In this document: positions 1 to 13,643 of the stretch, piece by piece | Layout: each line of letters opens with the position of its first letter | Numbering within the stretch: position 1 is the first letter of the stretch | NCBI RefSeq assembly: GCF_004010195.1 | Contig: NC_057711.1 | Location: forward strand, 69,069,619-69,131,772 | Source: Chiloscyllium plagiosum | Taxonomy: Eukaryota | Direction of reading: 5' to 3' | Length of the DNA: 62,154 bases | The notes under the pieces: generated by a model | Databases searched by the model: none | Told to the model about the DNA's origin: nothing | What the model saw: only the letters and a program-made list of their open reading frames with translations | Made by a program: the position numbers and the translations under genes

Positions 1-344
1 CTGAATTTACACTGCTGTAATACAGGATATTGTTCTCAGTTTGTGAATGAGCCATGTGTAAGTGTATGTTTCCCCATTCTTCTTTATTGCAGCAAAAATG
101 TAACAAATTCCTTTTTTTTTGACTCATGACTTGTATTAATGATCACTTGTATTCTTGATCATTCTAGATATTGTTTGAAAGAAAATTTTCTTCAGACCTG
201 TAATGTACTTTATCTAAACATATATGATATTGACAAATGCGCAAAAGACTTCCATGTTTCAGTGCTATCATCTTGATATCCAGCACAAGGGAGTAAAATG
301 CTAAACATTTGTTCCCATCCTGTCCAAAACATTTAGCTAAACCT

Positions 345-628
345 CTGTCTGTGTGGAGTTTGCACATTCTCCCCGTGTCTGCATGGGTTTCCTCTGGGTG
401 CTGCAGTTTCCTCCCACAGACTGCAGATGTGCGAGTTAGATAGATTAGCAATGCTAAATTTCCTGTAATGTTCAAGGATGTGCAGGTTAGATGGATTAGC
501 CATGGGAAATGCAGGGCTACAGGGATAGTTTAGGGTGGTTGGTCTGGGTGGGAGATGCTGTTCAGAGGATTGGTGTGCACTCGATGGACCAAATGGTCTG
601 CTTCCACAGGAAGGAATTCAATGATTCT
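345..628 (+). mobile_element. HE1-type V-SINE, 5'-truncated
   Basis: V-domain ctgtgtggagtttgcacattctccccgtgtctgc...tttcctcccaca, followed by a CR1-like tail; homologous to the full copy at 39729. Confidence 0.9.
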
Positions 629-1154
629 TAAGTCCTATTTAGAACCATAATTATGTATGTTTTATGATGAGTAATTTTATTATATGTCATTTCATATGTT
701 TGAATTCAGAAGGTGAAATTTGTAATGGTGATAAACAACCTTGTCCTAGGAATGAACTTAAAATGTCTTTTTTTTTCCTCCTATTTACTAACCATCCTGG
801 GTGAAATGTTTACCACTTAATTACAACCCTTCGCTGGAGAGTCTGCTTTGAGCAATATAATAATCATGCATCTGATTTCTGCTGATTATTTTTAAAAAAA
901 AAGTAATGTCAGCCTAAACTATTGATGTAATTAGAACCAGATGGTGGTAGGTGCTGCTTTGAAGAGTTTCTGTTCCACAGAGTTTCACAGCAGTGGAATA
1001 CTGTTACACCAAAAGGAATAGCTGAATGGAAAATTAGTTTGATCTCTGAAGGGGAGCTTTTTTACACTGTTCCACTGACCATTTATTCATGTAGAGATGT
1101 GGAAAAATATTTTTTACAACGTAGTTTGCTATATTATGATACCAAGAGGGGGAT

Positions 1155-1320
1155 GCAGAATACAGAGGGGAATATTCCCCCCCAATCCAGGAAAGCTGCA
1201 GGAGAAAGAGAAATACTCAGCCAAGTTATCCAAAAGCGATCTGATACTACTAGAATTTGCCATTTGTAGGGTGAATCTGATCAGACTTGGGAGACAACTA
1301 TTTCTTGATTAAAATAACCT
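1155..1320 (+). mobile_element. Gypsy RT fragment, inverted local copy of 2886-3042
   Basis: Translates as GIFPPNPGKLQE... and aligns with the reverse complement of 2886-3042. Confidence 0.75.
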
Positions 1321-2759
1321 TAGAGTTGGAGAGGGGAGACATTTTTAACAAAATAAAATAAACTTGATTCAAATCTGATATCGACTACGAGCTTCTAATG
1401 GATTTAAAGCTATTGTTAAAAAGTATAAGATTAGAGATTCTGATAATGTTATTGTTAGGAATGCAGGAATAGCAATTGGCAGTTTAGCCTCTAAAGCATG
1501 TTCCAGTATTCAGAGATGAATACAGATTTGTAACTAAACTCCATATGCCTACTGTTTTATTGTTTTATTAAGTTTAAGTCTGTGTACTCTGAAATCATGA
1601 CTTCATGTAAGCCTCTGATTTTCACCCTATTCCTCGATATTACCCACCAACCATCTATGCCTATTATGTGCATTCTATATGTTTCCCACTTACCTCCCAA
1701 GTCTCAAACTGTGTAAGGTTGGTACCTTTGCTTTGAGTAATCTCCTTGCTATGGCTCTGGTCTTGTTTTTGAGATCCAGGATCTTCAGTACTCTCCTAAC
1801 TAACAGTGTGAGTGTCTTCCCCTGGGTGGTTGCAGAACTTGTTGTAAATCTTTCTATATCATCTTCTGAGGAATTGTTGTAACGTGCTGTAATATGGGTT
1901 CTTTAGCATTTCATACAAGCTCAGGCCAAATCTCTAGGTTACAGTTTTTTTTTATTAAAAGTTTTATCGCTACATTGTACATGATGGTACAGCGACGGGA
2001 CCATATGCTTTGTGTTGTACAGGGTCCAACTTCTTAGCAGAATAATAACATGTGGCTACTGAGTTCAGAGAGACATCACTTCAGAGGCTCATCTACGTAT
2101 TCATTAAATCCTAAATCTATATTGGATCTTCCAACTTTCTATTGGTTTTCTGCTTAACAATGCTTTACAGTTTCTCTTTATGATATTGTAGTCTGCCTTA
2201 ACGCTATATGGTCTCAGTCGCAGTGTTTTCCAATTAGACGTTTACTGTAATGGTCTGTTCCTTTAAATCTCACCCCAGTGTTATGGTGGGTGCATATTAA
2301 ATATTTTATGGACTTGGGTTTGAAGGATTATCGGCACCTTGTTTTAATGAAGGGATGGTGGAACTTTTTTTTTAAAAAATGCCAAGTTGCATTTTTTCAG
2401 TAGCTGCTTGTTTATTGTAGGCCCCCTGACTGGGTTTATGACTGACAGGTTGCAGCTTCTGCTTTGGAGATTGTTCGCATTTTTCATTTGATGGCCAATC
2501 AAGGGAAGAAAAAAGGCTTTCTGTTCCAGTTCTCCTGTTTCTGAAAAACCTCTTGCTCTGGGTCCAGTGTACTATCTGGAGACCTGGTACTGTCTGAAAC
2601 TGATTGCTCTGGTGAAGGGCATTCAGAAGAGTCCTCAATGCTATTTCCTGAGCAAACTGCATTGCCAGCGATCCAGTGAAATCTGCTTGTGTTGGTGACC
2701 TTCATCTTTGTCTGCCAACTGGCAGGACATTCTGCACCTTGTCTTTCTTTTCTGCTTTT

Positions 2760-3450
2760 CAAGAACTAAGGTGTTTGACTAAAATTTTTTTTTTGTTTTC
2801 CCAAAGTGAATCTCTGTAAAGTCCATTTTCACCCCTTTAACCGATGCATTTATGTGAGCATTTGGATGTGTTTTTGGTTGCTTGGAGGTTATTTCAATCA
2901 AGAAACAGTTGTCTCCCAAGTCTTATCAGGCTCACCGTACAAATGGCAAATTCTAGTGGTATCCAAAAATTAGCTTTTGAATAACTTAGCTGATTTCTCC
3001 TGCAGTTTTCCTGGATTGGGAGAAATCCCATTTGTATTCTGCTTGACAAACTCCAATAGCCAGTTTTGCATCATCATCTTTGTATTTATGAAAGAAATAT
3101 GGTTGGATTTTTTACTTCAAGTCCTTAACAAACCCTCAGGTTTCGATGTTTTGGCCTGCATTGTAGGTTTCTGAAAACTGTTCTGATGGTTTTGTTCATG
3201 TTTCTGTTTTACGACTCCAAGTGCCAGTATGTTGTTCATGCGAAATATTGCACCATTGATGCCATTTACTGTGTTGTACATAATTACTTGAAATGTCTCT
3301 GGAGAAATCTGTGATTTCAAAAAGTTGTTTACTAAAAGAAATGTGTCCAAAAGGTGTTATAAATGTAGTCAACAATTTGGATTGTTTATGCAGGGATAAT
3401 TGGCATGAATCCACTGTGAGTATTTAGTTTTGCTGGGCTTTCATCCTCTG
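2760..3450 (-). mobile_element. Degraded Ty3/Gypsy pol relic (RT domain)
   Basis: Frameshifted motifs LSLHKQSKLLTTFITPFG, PETFQVIM...RMNNIL (decayed YxDD region) and GISPNPGKLQE; the relic may extend further left. Confidence 0.75.
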
Positions 3451-3488
3451 AGGACATTGGAGAGATCTTGTATTCCATCTCGCATTCC

Positions 3489-4252
3489 AAATGTGAGATG
3501 CTGCATTTTGGGGAAGCAATTCTTAGTGGGACTTATACACTTAATGGGAATGTCCTAGGGAGTGTTGCTGAACAAAGAGATCTTGGAGTGCAGGTTCATA
3601 GCTCCTTGAAAGTAGAGTCAGAAATAGATAGGATAGTGAAGAAGGCATTTGGTATGCTTTCCTTTATTGCTCAGATCAGTGAGTATAGGAGTTGGGAGGT
3701 CATGTTGTGGCTGTACAGGATGTTGGTTAGGTAACATTTGGAATATTGTGTGCAGTTCTGGTCTCCTTCCTATCAGAAGGATGTTGTGAAACCTGAAAGG
3801 GTTCAGAAAAGACTTAGAAGGATGTTGCCAGGGTTGGAAGATTTGAGCTGTAGGGAGAGGCTGAATAGACTGGGGCTGTTTTTCCTGGAGCGTCGGAGGC
3901 TGAGGGGTGACCTTATGGAGGTTTATAATATGAGGGGCATGGATAGGGTAAATAGACAAGGGATGGGGGAGTCCAGAACTAGAGGGAATAGGTTTAGGGT
4001 GAGAGGGACAAGATATAAAAGGGATCTAAGGGGCAACTTTTTCACACAGAGTAGTGAGTGTCTGAAATGAGCTGCCAGAGGAAGTGGTGGAGGCTAGTAC
4101 AATTGCAACATTAAAAAAGCATTTGGATGGGTATATGAGTAGGAAGAGTTTAGAGGGATGTGAGCCAAGTGCAGGCAAATGGAAGTATCTGTTCAACATG
4201 GACGAATTGGACTGAAGGATCTGTTTCCATGCTGTATGACTCTGTGACTCTA
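3489..4252 (+). mobile_element. CR1/HER1-type LINE, 3' fragment
   Basis: KCEMLHFG, QRDLGVQVHSSLK, EYCVQFWSP and RRLRGDL motifs; 3' end tgtatgactctgtgactct. Confidence 0.95.
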
Positions 4253-4380
4253 CCTTGTCATACCAAATGATAGTCTCACCGATGCATTGTCTTGCTACCA
4301 TGTTATTAGCAAAGATTCCCACAGCATAAAGTAATGTATGGATCTGGTTCTTGTTAACTTTCTTGGCCAAGCCTGAAGTA

Positions 4381-5765
4381 ATTCCTCCCACTTCCTACAG
4401 ACCAGTTGGGTAGCCATTGGCACCCGCAAAGGCCCCAACTATGCCTGCCTCTTAGCAGGATACATGAAACAATCCCTCTTCTGCAGTTACACCAGCACCA
4501 TCTCCCAACTTTTCCTCCACTACAGTGGATGACTGTATTGGTGCCACTTCATGCTCCCAAGATGAGGTTGAACAGTTCATCAACTTCAACACCTCCCAAC
4601 CCTTCCTGGACCTCTCCGTCTCTGTCTTCGCCAACCGACTCTACACAGAGTCATCGACTCCCACAGTTACCTTGACTACACCACCTCCCACCTCCTCTCC
4701 TGTAAAAATGCAGTCCCTTACTCCCAATTCGTCGGCCTCCACCATATCTGCTTGCAGGAGGAGCAATTTCACTCCAGGACATCCCAGATGTCGTCCTACT
4801 TCAAGAATGGCAATTTCCCCTCTCACATGATCAACAATGCACTCCAGTGCATCTCCTCCTCCTGTACCTCCACCCTTGAACCCCCTCACCCTCATCTTCC
4901 ACCCCAAGAATCCCCAGATTGATGCGCATTATCCTCCACCATTTCCGCTACCTACAGTCAGACCCCACCACTAGAGATATTATTTAACTCCCCACCTCTA
5001 TCTGCGTTCCGCAGAGACCATTTCCTCTGCCACTCCTTCATTAGGTCTACACCCCTACCCTCCATAACTGGCACCTTCTCTTGCTGCCAAACAAGGTGTA
5101 AAACCTCCTCCCTCGCTTCTACCCAAATCCCTAAAGGATCAGTTCAGGTCTGGTGGAGATTTTCCTGCACATCCACCCACCTCATCTTCTGCGTTCATTG
5201 CTCTTAATATGGTCTCCCCTACATGGGGAGACGGAACACCAACTCATGGAGCATTCCCTGAAACATCTCTGGGACCTGTGCACCAAACAATCCCACTGCC
5301 CTTTTGCCAACCACTTCAACTTCCCTTTCCACTCCCCCAAGGGCATGCAAGTCCTGGCCCGCCTCCACTGCCAAACCAAACCCACGTGCCAACTGGAGGA
5401 AGAATGCCTTATCATCTGCCTCAGGACCCAACAGTACACTGCATCAACATCGACTTCACCAGATTCCAAATCTTCGCCCCCCCTCCTCACCTCATCCCAG
5501 ATCCAACCAACCAACTTGGCACCACCCTCTTGACCCTCTTCCTTCCACCTATCTGCTCCACCCTCCCCATCAACCTGTCACATTTATCTTTCACCTGCAT
5601 CACCTGCCAACGCACCTACCTACCCCACCCCCACCCCATTTATCTCTCAGCCCCGTACCACCTCCACATTGCTGATGAAGAGCTTATGCCCAAAATGTCG
5701 ACTCTCCTGCTCCTCAGATGCTGTCTGACCTGCTATGGTTTTCCAGCGCCACACTTTTCAACTTT
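4381..5765 (+). mobile_element. Penelope-like element (RT, GIY-YIG, pLTR), decayed
   Basis: HFLQ..VAIGTRKGPNYACL and MDDCIG RT motifs, a GIY-YIG-like C terminus (ANHFNFPFHS, LEEECLI), and a pLTR with ctgatgaagagcttatgcccaaaatgtcg. Confidence 0.9.
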
Positions 5766-5869
5766 GAATGAATTCCTTACCTGGTCAACCATTTCTTCAA
5801 ATGTTTGCATTCCTGAGCCTGATGTGGTCCTTCCAAAAGCTGAACTGTTTCTGAAAGTGGCCTACGTTT

Positions 5870-6080
5870 ACATAAAAACAGAGCAAATGATGTTCAGGCC
5901 TGGCAGTGTCTGTGAAGAGGAAAACAGTATTAATGTTTCCAGTCCAGTGTGACACTTTTTTTTCGCAAATAATGAAAAACGTTTTGAAAGAAGAGTCATT
6001 GACAGACTCAAAGTTGATTCTGCTTCTCTCCGCAGATAGTTCAAGAGCTGAATTTCTCCAGCACTTTGTTTTTATTTCAA
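5870..6080. mobile_element. Old inverted pLTR mini-element (PLE-derived)
   Basis: Two degenerate inverted halves similar to the element at 47059-47298. Confidence 0.5.
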
Positions 6081-7084
6081 TTCTTTGCTTCTGTTTGAAC
6101 CATTGTGTTAATGCCCCCATATACTGCTCTCTGCTGTCCAGTAACCAGCTCTGTTTTCCAGCTTACTGCTGCTCTCATGATGTCTTGAAACACTTTTTCT
6201 TCTGGTTTTCCTTAACCACAAGATTTTCTTCAACTGCAGACTTTATTGTTTTCTTTTCTCTTTTCCACTGCTGCCATATTTTCTTGTAGTAGTCACATTT
6301 GGGACTGTTCAATCTTCCAAAAGACTGCTGCTTGAGTCCTTGACCTTTTTCTGCAAGAACCTTGTGTAGATCATGCACTCATATGACATTAGAGCTTCTG
6401 CTCCTTTCCAGAGCTCTCTACCTATTCATTTGACTCTGACATTGCTATTATGTTGTTACGTGTACTTCTCATGGTAGCTCATTCACAGTACAAAGACTTT
6501 GCTCCACATCCATAGTAACTGGTTCACTACAGCTTTCAATCCCAGATTTGAAATGAACAATTGATGCGGCATCAATTGCCATTTGCTCAATTGAGTCCAG
6601 AATCTCTACCACCTTTATTGGGTGGAGAACTGTTTCCAGTTTCACTCATGGCTCTAACATTTAAGCCAGGCCATCTAATTCATATTAGTTTTCCTCAAAC
6701 CATTGGAAAACTTGAATCAAATTGCCCTTTAACCTTGTTATTTCCAGTGGGGTACAGCCCTAATTGGTGTTTTCATTCCTTGTAATTTCATTCTATGCTG
6801 CACTACTTTTAAGGTCAGTACAGTAAGTCCCCGTTTTAAGTTGACTCCTCCAAAGTTGTTCCACTTAACATGACCGATATTTTGGGCATGTGCACTTAGC
6901 GCAGTATTTTTTTGTTTTAAGATCATAGTTGTAGCCAGGACTGGTTACTTTTGTGCAATATGGGTACAGTTCCTGACCCTGCCATCCAATTTGAATTTTG
7001 CTGTCCCAGAAATGCCTATCTTGGAATTTTATACTGGGTAATGGTAGAGAGACCATTTTAAAGTCAGTGAGAGAGATATTTAAA

Positions 7085-7430
7085 TCATAGAATCCCTACA
7101 GTGTGGGAACAGGCCCTTCGGCCCAACAAGTTCACACCGACCCTCTGAAGTGTAACCTACCCAGACCCATTCCCCTGCCCTATTACTGTATGTTTCCCCT
7201 GACTAATGCACCTAACCTACATATCCCTGAACACTGTGGGCAATTTAGCATGGCCAATTCACCTAACCTACACATCTTTGGATTGAGAGAGGAAACCAGA
7301 GCACCCGGAGGAAACCCGCGCAGACACGGGGGGAATATGCAAACTCCACACAGACAGTCACCAAGGCTGAAATTGAACCCAGGTCCCTGGCACTGTGAGG
7401 CAGCAGTGCTAACCACTGAGCCCACTGTGT
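7085..7430 (-). mobile_element. HE1-type V-SINE, near full length
   Basis: Reverse complement carries the tRNA-like head, V-domain and CR1-like tail. Confidence 0.95.
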
Positions 7431-9179
7431 TGCAGGCTTTGGTGCTATTTTGGTTTAGGGTCTTACAGGTGACAGATAGAAGGAAGTTCTTTTGGAACCC
7501 CACATGTGATTTTTGTTCCACTCCAAGGTGGGGGTAGAAGAGACAGGTTCGAAGTCATTTGAGATTTGTTTTTAGCTTGTAATTTAGACCTTCCAGCCCT
7601 GAGAACCACCCAAACATCAGTTGGAAAAGCCCAGCAAATCATGATTGTGAGTCAGCTGTTTCAAAAGCAAGGAGAACTATTACTTCAGCAATTGCATTCG
7701 AAGCTAAAATGGTTTGAGACCAAGAATGAGCAGTTGACATTGTGAGGGTGCATTGGGCTACCACCCATACTGACAGCAATCCAGGGTAACAAAAACTAAA
7801 CAAAGTACTTATGCCTTTCAGTGCTAGTACAACGTGTCAAACTGGATGCAGCATCATGGGGGATTTAGAAAGATTCTTGGCAGTCTGATCAAAGACCAAA
7901 ACCAGCACACAGTGCTTCTTAGTTTGACCATCGCCCAAACAAACTTTAAAAGCCAATATGATGACTTGAAGGATGAACCAGGTGTGAGTTTATAATAAAA
8001 AAAACTGGTGTTCATCATGAATGGTTCATGTTTTTCAAGAAATGTTCCTAACTGCATGACAATGAAAGACTGGCAAAGTCTTGAAGAAGATAGCTACTCA
8101 CGGAAGTTAGTTTATTGTGGATGACATTTGGTCAAAAAGTACGTATGAAGTGCTTCCTAATCCTTTCAAATCAGACAAAATCCTCTCCAAAGGTGAGTTG
8201 AACAGGGAGCGCAGTGCCAAAGTGAAAAGTGTGACTGGTGACAGCATTGACTGCTCCAAGGAAATCTACTCCCAGAAGAAATAAACTGTCCATACATTTT
8301 TAAGGTCTTTAGTTTCTAACTCTTTACCCAATCGAACCCAGCAAGACCTTTCTGCTAAACCTGCACCACTCTATTCCCAATCAAAACCACTTGACTTTCA
8401 GTCATTGAACTGCTGTGCACAAAATGTTGCAAGCTTTCACTTCGCAAAGGCAGACATGGATGACAAAATTCATTGTTAACTCAAATATGTGTCAAAGCAG
8501 CCTTACGCCAGCTGTAGATAGAAGTTATTCAGGATCAGGATCTGAAACCCAAGGCTGAGGTTGTGGTTCACTGAGCAACAGTAATATTTTCATTCCTGCC
8601 CATTCTTTGGGTCATAAGCACACAATGGACTTCTTAGCAATCTCTCATCAAACCTGAGTGGAAGCAAGTCATCCCTGAGTCCAAGGGGCTGCGTCAGAAT
8701 AAAAAGATTGGTGTTATCTAATTTGAATTTATGTAGTATTTTGTTTATATTTATTTTCTTTTACAAATTATTTAAACAAGGTATACACATAACAATACAT
8801 TTTACAGTATTTTGGCATGTGCAAATTGGTTCTTTCAGGACTTCTCCCCTGGAAAAAGCTCCAGTTTTAACATTAGTTCCTATATTCCATATATGATTCG
8901 CTTAAAAAGTACTTTTTTAAAAACTAGGGACTTTGTGTGAGAAATTCCTATGTGTTGTATATAGTGTGTTTAATAACTGCTCACAGTATTTCAATTCCAA
9001 GATATTCTAGTTCTGATGCAAAAGCCATCCATTAGACATTCCATTAGCTGTTTTTGATCATTTCATACACCTGTTTGTGACATTTTAATTATTTTTGTTC
9101 TTGAACCTGCCAGCTGTTTGGATCTCTGCTGATAGCTTTCCATAATTTAGAAAGTGCTTTTCTATACTTTTGAGGTCAG

Positions 9180-10170
9180 ACGTGAAATCCATTTCCCACA
9201 ATTTAATTTGTTCGCTTAATCTCTTAATATGTCCATAAATTTATCCTTCTGTTTGTAAGAGTTTACAGTGTGCTTGTCTTTGTTTTATTAGCAAATGTGG
9301 ATATATATAGCTTTCTATTCAATCAGTAAAATCATAAATAATTATGATGGATAGTTAAGACCCCAACACAGGTCCTTGAAGAACACCAACAATCACATCT
9401 AGCGATTAAAGTGCCTTCCTTCCTACCCCATGATCATTGTCACTGAGCCAATTTCCAAACCAGATCAGTAATTTGACTTCAGTTTCATAAGGTTCAATTC
9501 TCATGAGGGATTGTATCACATGCCTTCAGAACATTGACGAATAATATTGATTGGCAATCCCCTATCCGCTAATCTTATTCACCTCTTTTGAAAAAAAAAT
9601 CAGGTTTTTTAAGCATGACCTACTTTATACAAATCCAGATTGGCACTGTCTGATCAGTTGAAAATTTTTAAGGTATTCAATCATTCTATTCTTAACTCCA
9701 GACTTTTTCTGACAACCGATGTTATGCTAACTGGACTACAATTCCCTGGTTTTTACCTCTCGCCTTTCTTAAATACCAGAATAACATGCACGATTTCCCA
9801 ATGTAAAGGAACAGTCTGCAAATTGACAGAATAGTTGGGCCATCTGGCATGTTCCCACCCACAAAACATCTGTATGAAAACCATCTACTCTTGGATATTT
9901 TATACTTTTTTAGTGCTGTTATTTTCCAAGAATTTACAATCTTCTCCTCAGAACTGAATGGAAAGTTTATTTTTCCCTTCACGTTGAATAATCTTGCATG
10001 AGAAAATGTAGATTGGTCTCCAAAAAAGACTTTAGACATGATAAGGTAAAGAAACACATGATCTGAATGATCGATAGGAGCCTTTCTGTAGGTTGAAATA
10101 GACAGCATTCATGTTCGATCCCAGTTTCTGACAACATTTGTTAAATCCAACCAAAGTAAGTTACTTCTTT
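9180..10170 (-). mobile_element. Ancient CR1-type LINE RT relic
   Basis: Minus strand near 9340-9400 reads GVLQGPVLG...IIIYD, a decayed GVPQGSVLGP...IND motif. Confidence 0.65.
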
Positions 10171-10178
10171 GCCACTAG

Positions 10179-10362
10179 GAGAAAGTGAGGACTGCAGCTG
10201 CTGGAGAGCCAGAGTTGAAAAGTGTGGTGCTGTAAAAGCACAGTAGGTCAGGCAGCATCTGAGGAGCAAGAGAGTCTGGCTTATGCCCAAAATGTCAATT
10301 CTCCTGCTCCTTGGATGCTGCCTAGCTTGCTGTGCTTTTCCAGTGCCACACGTTTCGACTCT
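10179..10362. mobile_element. Palindromic pLTR mini-element (PLE-derived)
   Basis: gagaaagtgaggactgcag...gcagcatc followed by its inverted half gatgctgcc...ccacac; the hammerhead core is partly deleted. Confidence 0.85.
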
Positions 10363-12076
10363 ATTTCATTACCACCTCAACCATAATTGACATGTGATGG
10401 GGAGAATCTTTGCTCCCATTAATGTACTGGTAGGGAGATTTGCTAGAGCTTCTCAGGAGGATTTAAACTAGTAAGGGAGGGGGGAGGGGAACAAGGAGAC
10501 AGTGAGGTAAGATATCAGTCTGGGATTGGTGCATTTGCGAAAAAGACAGTCAAACAGTCAGGGCAGGCAGCAACAAAGCAGAGAAGAAGGTAGGGCTGAT
10601 AAATTAAATTGCATGGCTGGAAAATAGGAAGCCTTCAAAAATGAGATAACGAGAGTCCATAGGCATTATGTTCCTGTTAGGGTGAAGGGCAAGACAGGAA
10701 GGTGCAGAGAATGTTGGATAACTAGAAAAATTGAGGTTTTGGTCAGGAATAAAAAGAAAGCATATGTCAGGTATAGTCAGCAGAACTCGAGTGACTCCTC
10801 AGAAAAGTATAAATACATTAAGAGTATGCTTCAGAGAGAAATCAGGAGGGCAAAAAGAGAGATAGCTTTGGCAAATAGAGTTAAGGAGGATCCAAAGGGA
10901 TTCTATAAATACATTAAAAACAAAAGGGAGAGAATAGGGCTGCTTAAAGACCAGCAAGACCGCCAGTGTGTGGTACCACAGGAGATGGAGAGAGATACTA
11001 AATGAGTATTTTGCATCAGTGTTTGCCATGGAGAAGGATATGGAAATTACAGAACATGGGGAAATAAATAGCAGCATCTTGAAAGATATTACAGTGGAGG
11101 AGGTACTGGACATCTTAAAACGCATAGAAGTGGATAAATCCCTGGGACCTAGTCAGGTGTACCCTAGAACGCTGTGGGAAGCTAAGGAAGTGATTGGGTT
11201 CCTTGCTGTGAGATATTTGTATCATTGATAGCAACAGGCAAGGTGCTAGAAGACTGAAGGTTGGCTAATGTGGTGCCGCTATTTAAGAAAGATGGTTCGG
11301 AAAAGAGAACTATAGACTGGTGAGCCTGACATCAGTGATGGGCAAGGTTTTGGAGGAAATCCTGAGGACCTGGATTTACAAGCATTTGGAAAGGCAAGGA
11401 CTGATTAGGGATAGTCAGCATGGCTTTGTGCATGAGGAATCATGTCTTGCTAACTTGTTTGAGTTTTTGAAGAAGTAACAAAGAGTAGAGCGATGGACGT
11501 GATCTATATGGACTTCAGTAAGGTGTTCAACAAGGTTCCCACTGGTAGACTGGGGTGCAAGGTTATATCACATGAAATACAGAGAGAACTAGCTATTTGG
11601 ATATCCAAATGGCTCAAAGACTGGAGGCTTGTGACCAGCAGTGTGCCGCAAGGATCGATGTAGTGGACAGTGAAGAAGGTTACCTCCGAATACAACAGGA
11701 TCTTGACCAGATGGGTCAATGGGCCGAGGAGTGGGCAGATGGAGTTTAATTTAGATAAATGTAAGCTGCTGCATTTTGAAAAGGCAAATCAGGCTCGGAC
11801 TTATATAGGTAATGGGAAGGTCTTGGGGAGTGTTGCTAAACCTTGGAGTGCAAGTTCATAATTCCTTGAAAATGGAGTTCCAGGTAGTTAGGATAGTGAA
11901 GAAGGCATTTTGGTATGCTTTCCTTTACTGATCAGTGCATTGAGTATAGAGGTTGGGAGGTCATGTTGAGGCTGTACAGAACATTGGTTTGGCTACCTTT
12001 GGAATATTGCGTGCAATATCTGCTATAGGAAGGATGTTGTGAAACTTGAAAGGGTTCAGAAAAGATTTACAAGAAT

Positions 12077-12515
12077 TCAAAGTTTGTGAGAAGATTTGTA
12101 GCTCGNNNNNNNNNNNNNNNNNNNNNNNNNNNNNNNNNNNNNNNNNNNNNNNNNNNNNNNNNNNNNNNNNNNNNNNNNNNNNNNNNNNNNNNNNNNNNNN
12201 NNNNNNNNNNNNNNNNNNNNNNNNNNNNNNNNNNNNNNNNNNNNNNNNNNNNNNNNNNNNNNNNNNNNNNNNNNNNNNNNNNNNNNNNNNNNNNNNNNNN
12301 NNNNNNNNNNNNNNNGATCTGGACTCAATATACCGGCCACTGCAACGTTCAGCTGGAACTGACAACCGGAAGCGACAGATTCAAACCACTACAAATGCCG
12401 GAGGAAAGATCACAGAAGCGCTTCACAGGAGACTCCCAAGCACTGCGGATGTCACCTAGACAGGGGACGAAACGTCTGCAACACAAATTCCCAGCTCAGC
12501 GAACAGAACCACAAC
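12077..12515 (+). mobile_element. Second-family Penelope-like insertion spanning an assembly gap
   Basis: Exact 12-bp TSD atttacaagaat (12065-12076 and 12516-12527); ORF end DLDSIYRPLQR; hammerhead-like motif at 12440-12479. Confidence 0.75.
12106..12315. other. Assembly gap (210 N)
   Basis: Run of N. Confidence 1.
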
Positions 12516-13643
12516 ATTTACAAGAATGTTGCAAGTGTCGGAGGGTTTGAGCTATCGGGAGAGGCCAAATAGGCTGGGGCTATTTTCCCTGAAGCGTCGG
12601 AGGCTGAGAGGTGACCATGTCAACATTCATTATATCATGAGGGTCATAGATAGGATGAATAGCCAAGTTATTTTCCCTGGGGTAGGGAAGTTCATAACTA
12701 GAGGGCATAGTTTTAAGAGGAGAGGGGAAAATTTTAAAAAGGACCTGAGGAGCAACCTTTTCACACAGTGTGGTACTTGTTTGGAATGCCAGAGGAAGTT
12801 GTGGAGTTTGGTTCAATTACAACATTTAAAAAGCAACTGGATGGGTGCATGACAAGGAAGGGTTCGGAGGGACATAGGGCTAGATTCATTTAGGATACCT
12901 GTTTAGTGTAGATGAGCTGAACTGAAGGGCTTGTGGGTGCTGGACATGTAAAAAGAAAGAAAATTCTACAAATATTCAACAAGTCAAACAATAATTGTGG
13001 AGCGAAGAGCAGAGTTAATATTTCCAGTTTGTATTTAAAATAGCAAAAAACATTCCCAGAAAACTTGAATGCGTGTCAGGTTTGATGTGATTTTTAAAGA
13101 TGGAGGTACATGTGTTTTCTCAACTGATTATGACCTGCTAAAAACTGGAATAGATTCCATGTGTGTCAGTGAGAACTCCTTCGAGCCATGATGTGGAACA
13201 CGTACGTTGAATTAAGCTTCAACATAACTGCTTTCAAAGCAGTTATTAAAGCCTCTGGCTGAAGTTCTGAACATAACACATATTGTCTTCATATTTTTTT
13301 TTAACTGACTCAGGAACTTTTTTCCAACAAATGTTTTGTGTGACACAACTAGCTTATAAATGTTATACAGAAATTAAATCAAAGCATAAGTTGGACGTTA
13401 AAGAGGAAAAAATATCCAGGGAAAGTACTGACTTGTTCAGAATGTTCCCCAATGTCTGTAAGAAACAGATATAATTAGAAACCTAACCAGTGCAGATGTA
13501 AAACGAAAACTCTACCTGATTTGATACTATCACTGCACTGATCTTGGTGACTGATTTGCTTCTTGCATACCCAAGTTGTTTTAAAGAATGCTTCTGACTG
13601 CAGTGTGAAGCATTATGTGGCTGTTGGAGATGATTGTGTGATT

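Larger units (their letters stand above)
10410..12930 (+). mobile_element. CR1/HER1-type LINE (end of ORF1 plus internally deleted ORF2), interrupted at 12077-12515
   Basis: KGFYKYIKNKR, EILNEYFASVF, DKSLGP, MDFSKVFNKV, KCKLLHF and RRRLRGD motifs; collinear across the insertion. Confidence 0.92.

Noticed and set aside
1..63. Exon end at the window start (ccatgt/gtaagt)
   Set aside because: The acceptor is not assessable or weak, and the peptide is unrecognised.
5209..5952. Longest ORF (247 aa) as a host gene
   Set aside because: Mostly an off-frame read-through of the C-rich PLE 3' region and pLTR.
7430..8700. Gypsy integrase relic (RTT...GKSPA-like motif near 7600)
   Set aside because: Only one frameshifted motif, which is insufficient support.
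11961..12550. ORFs containing X runs
   Set aside because: Artefacts of the N gap.
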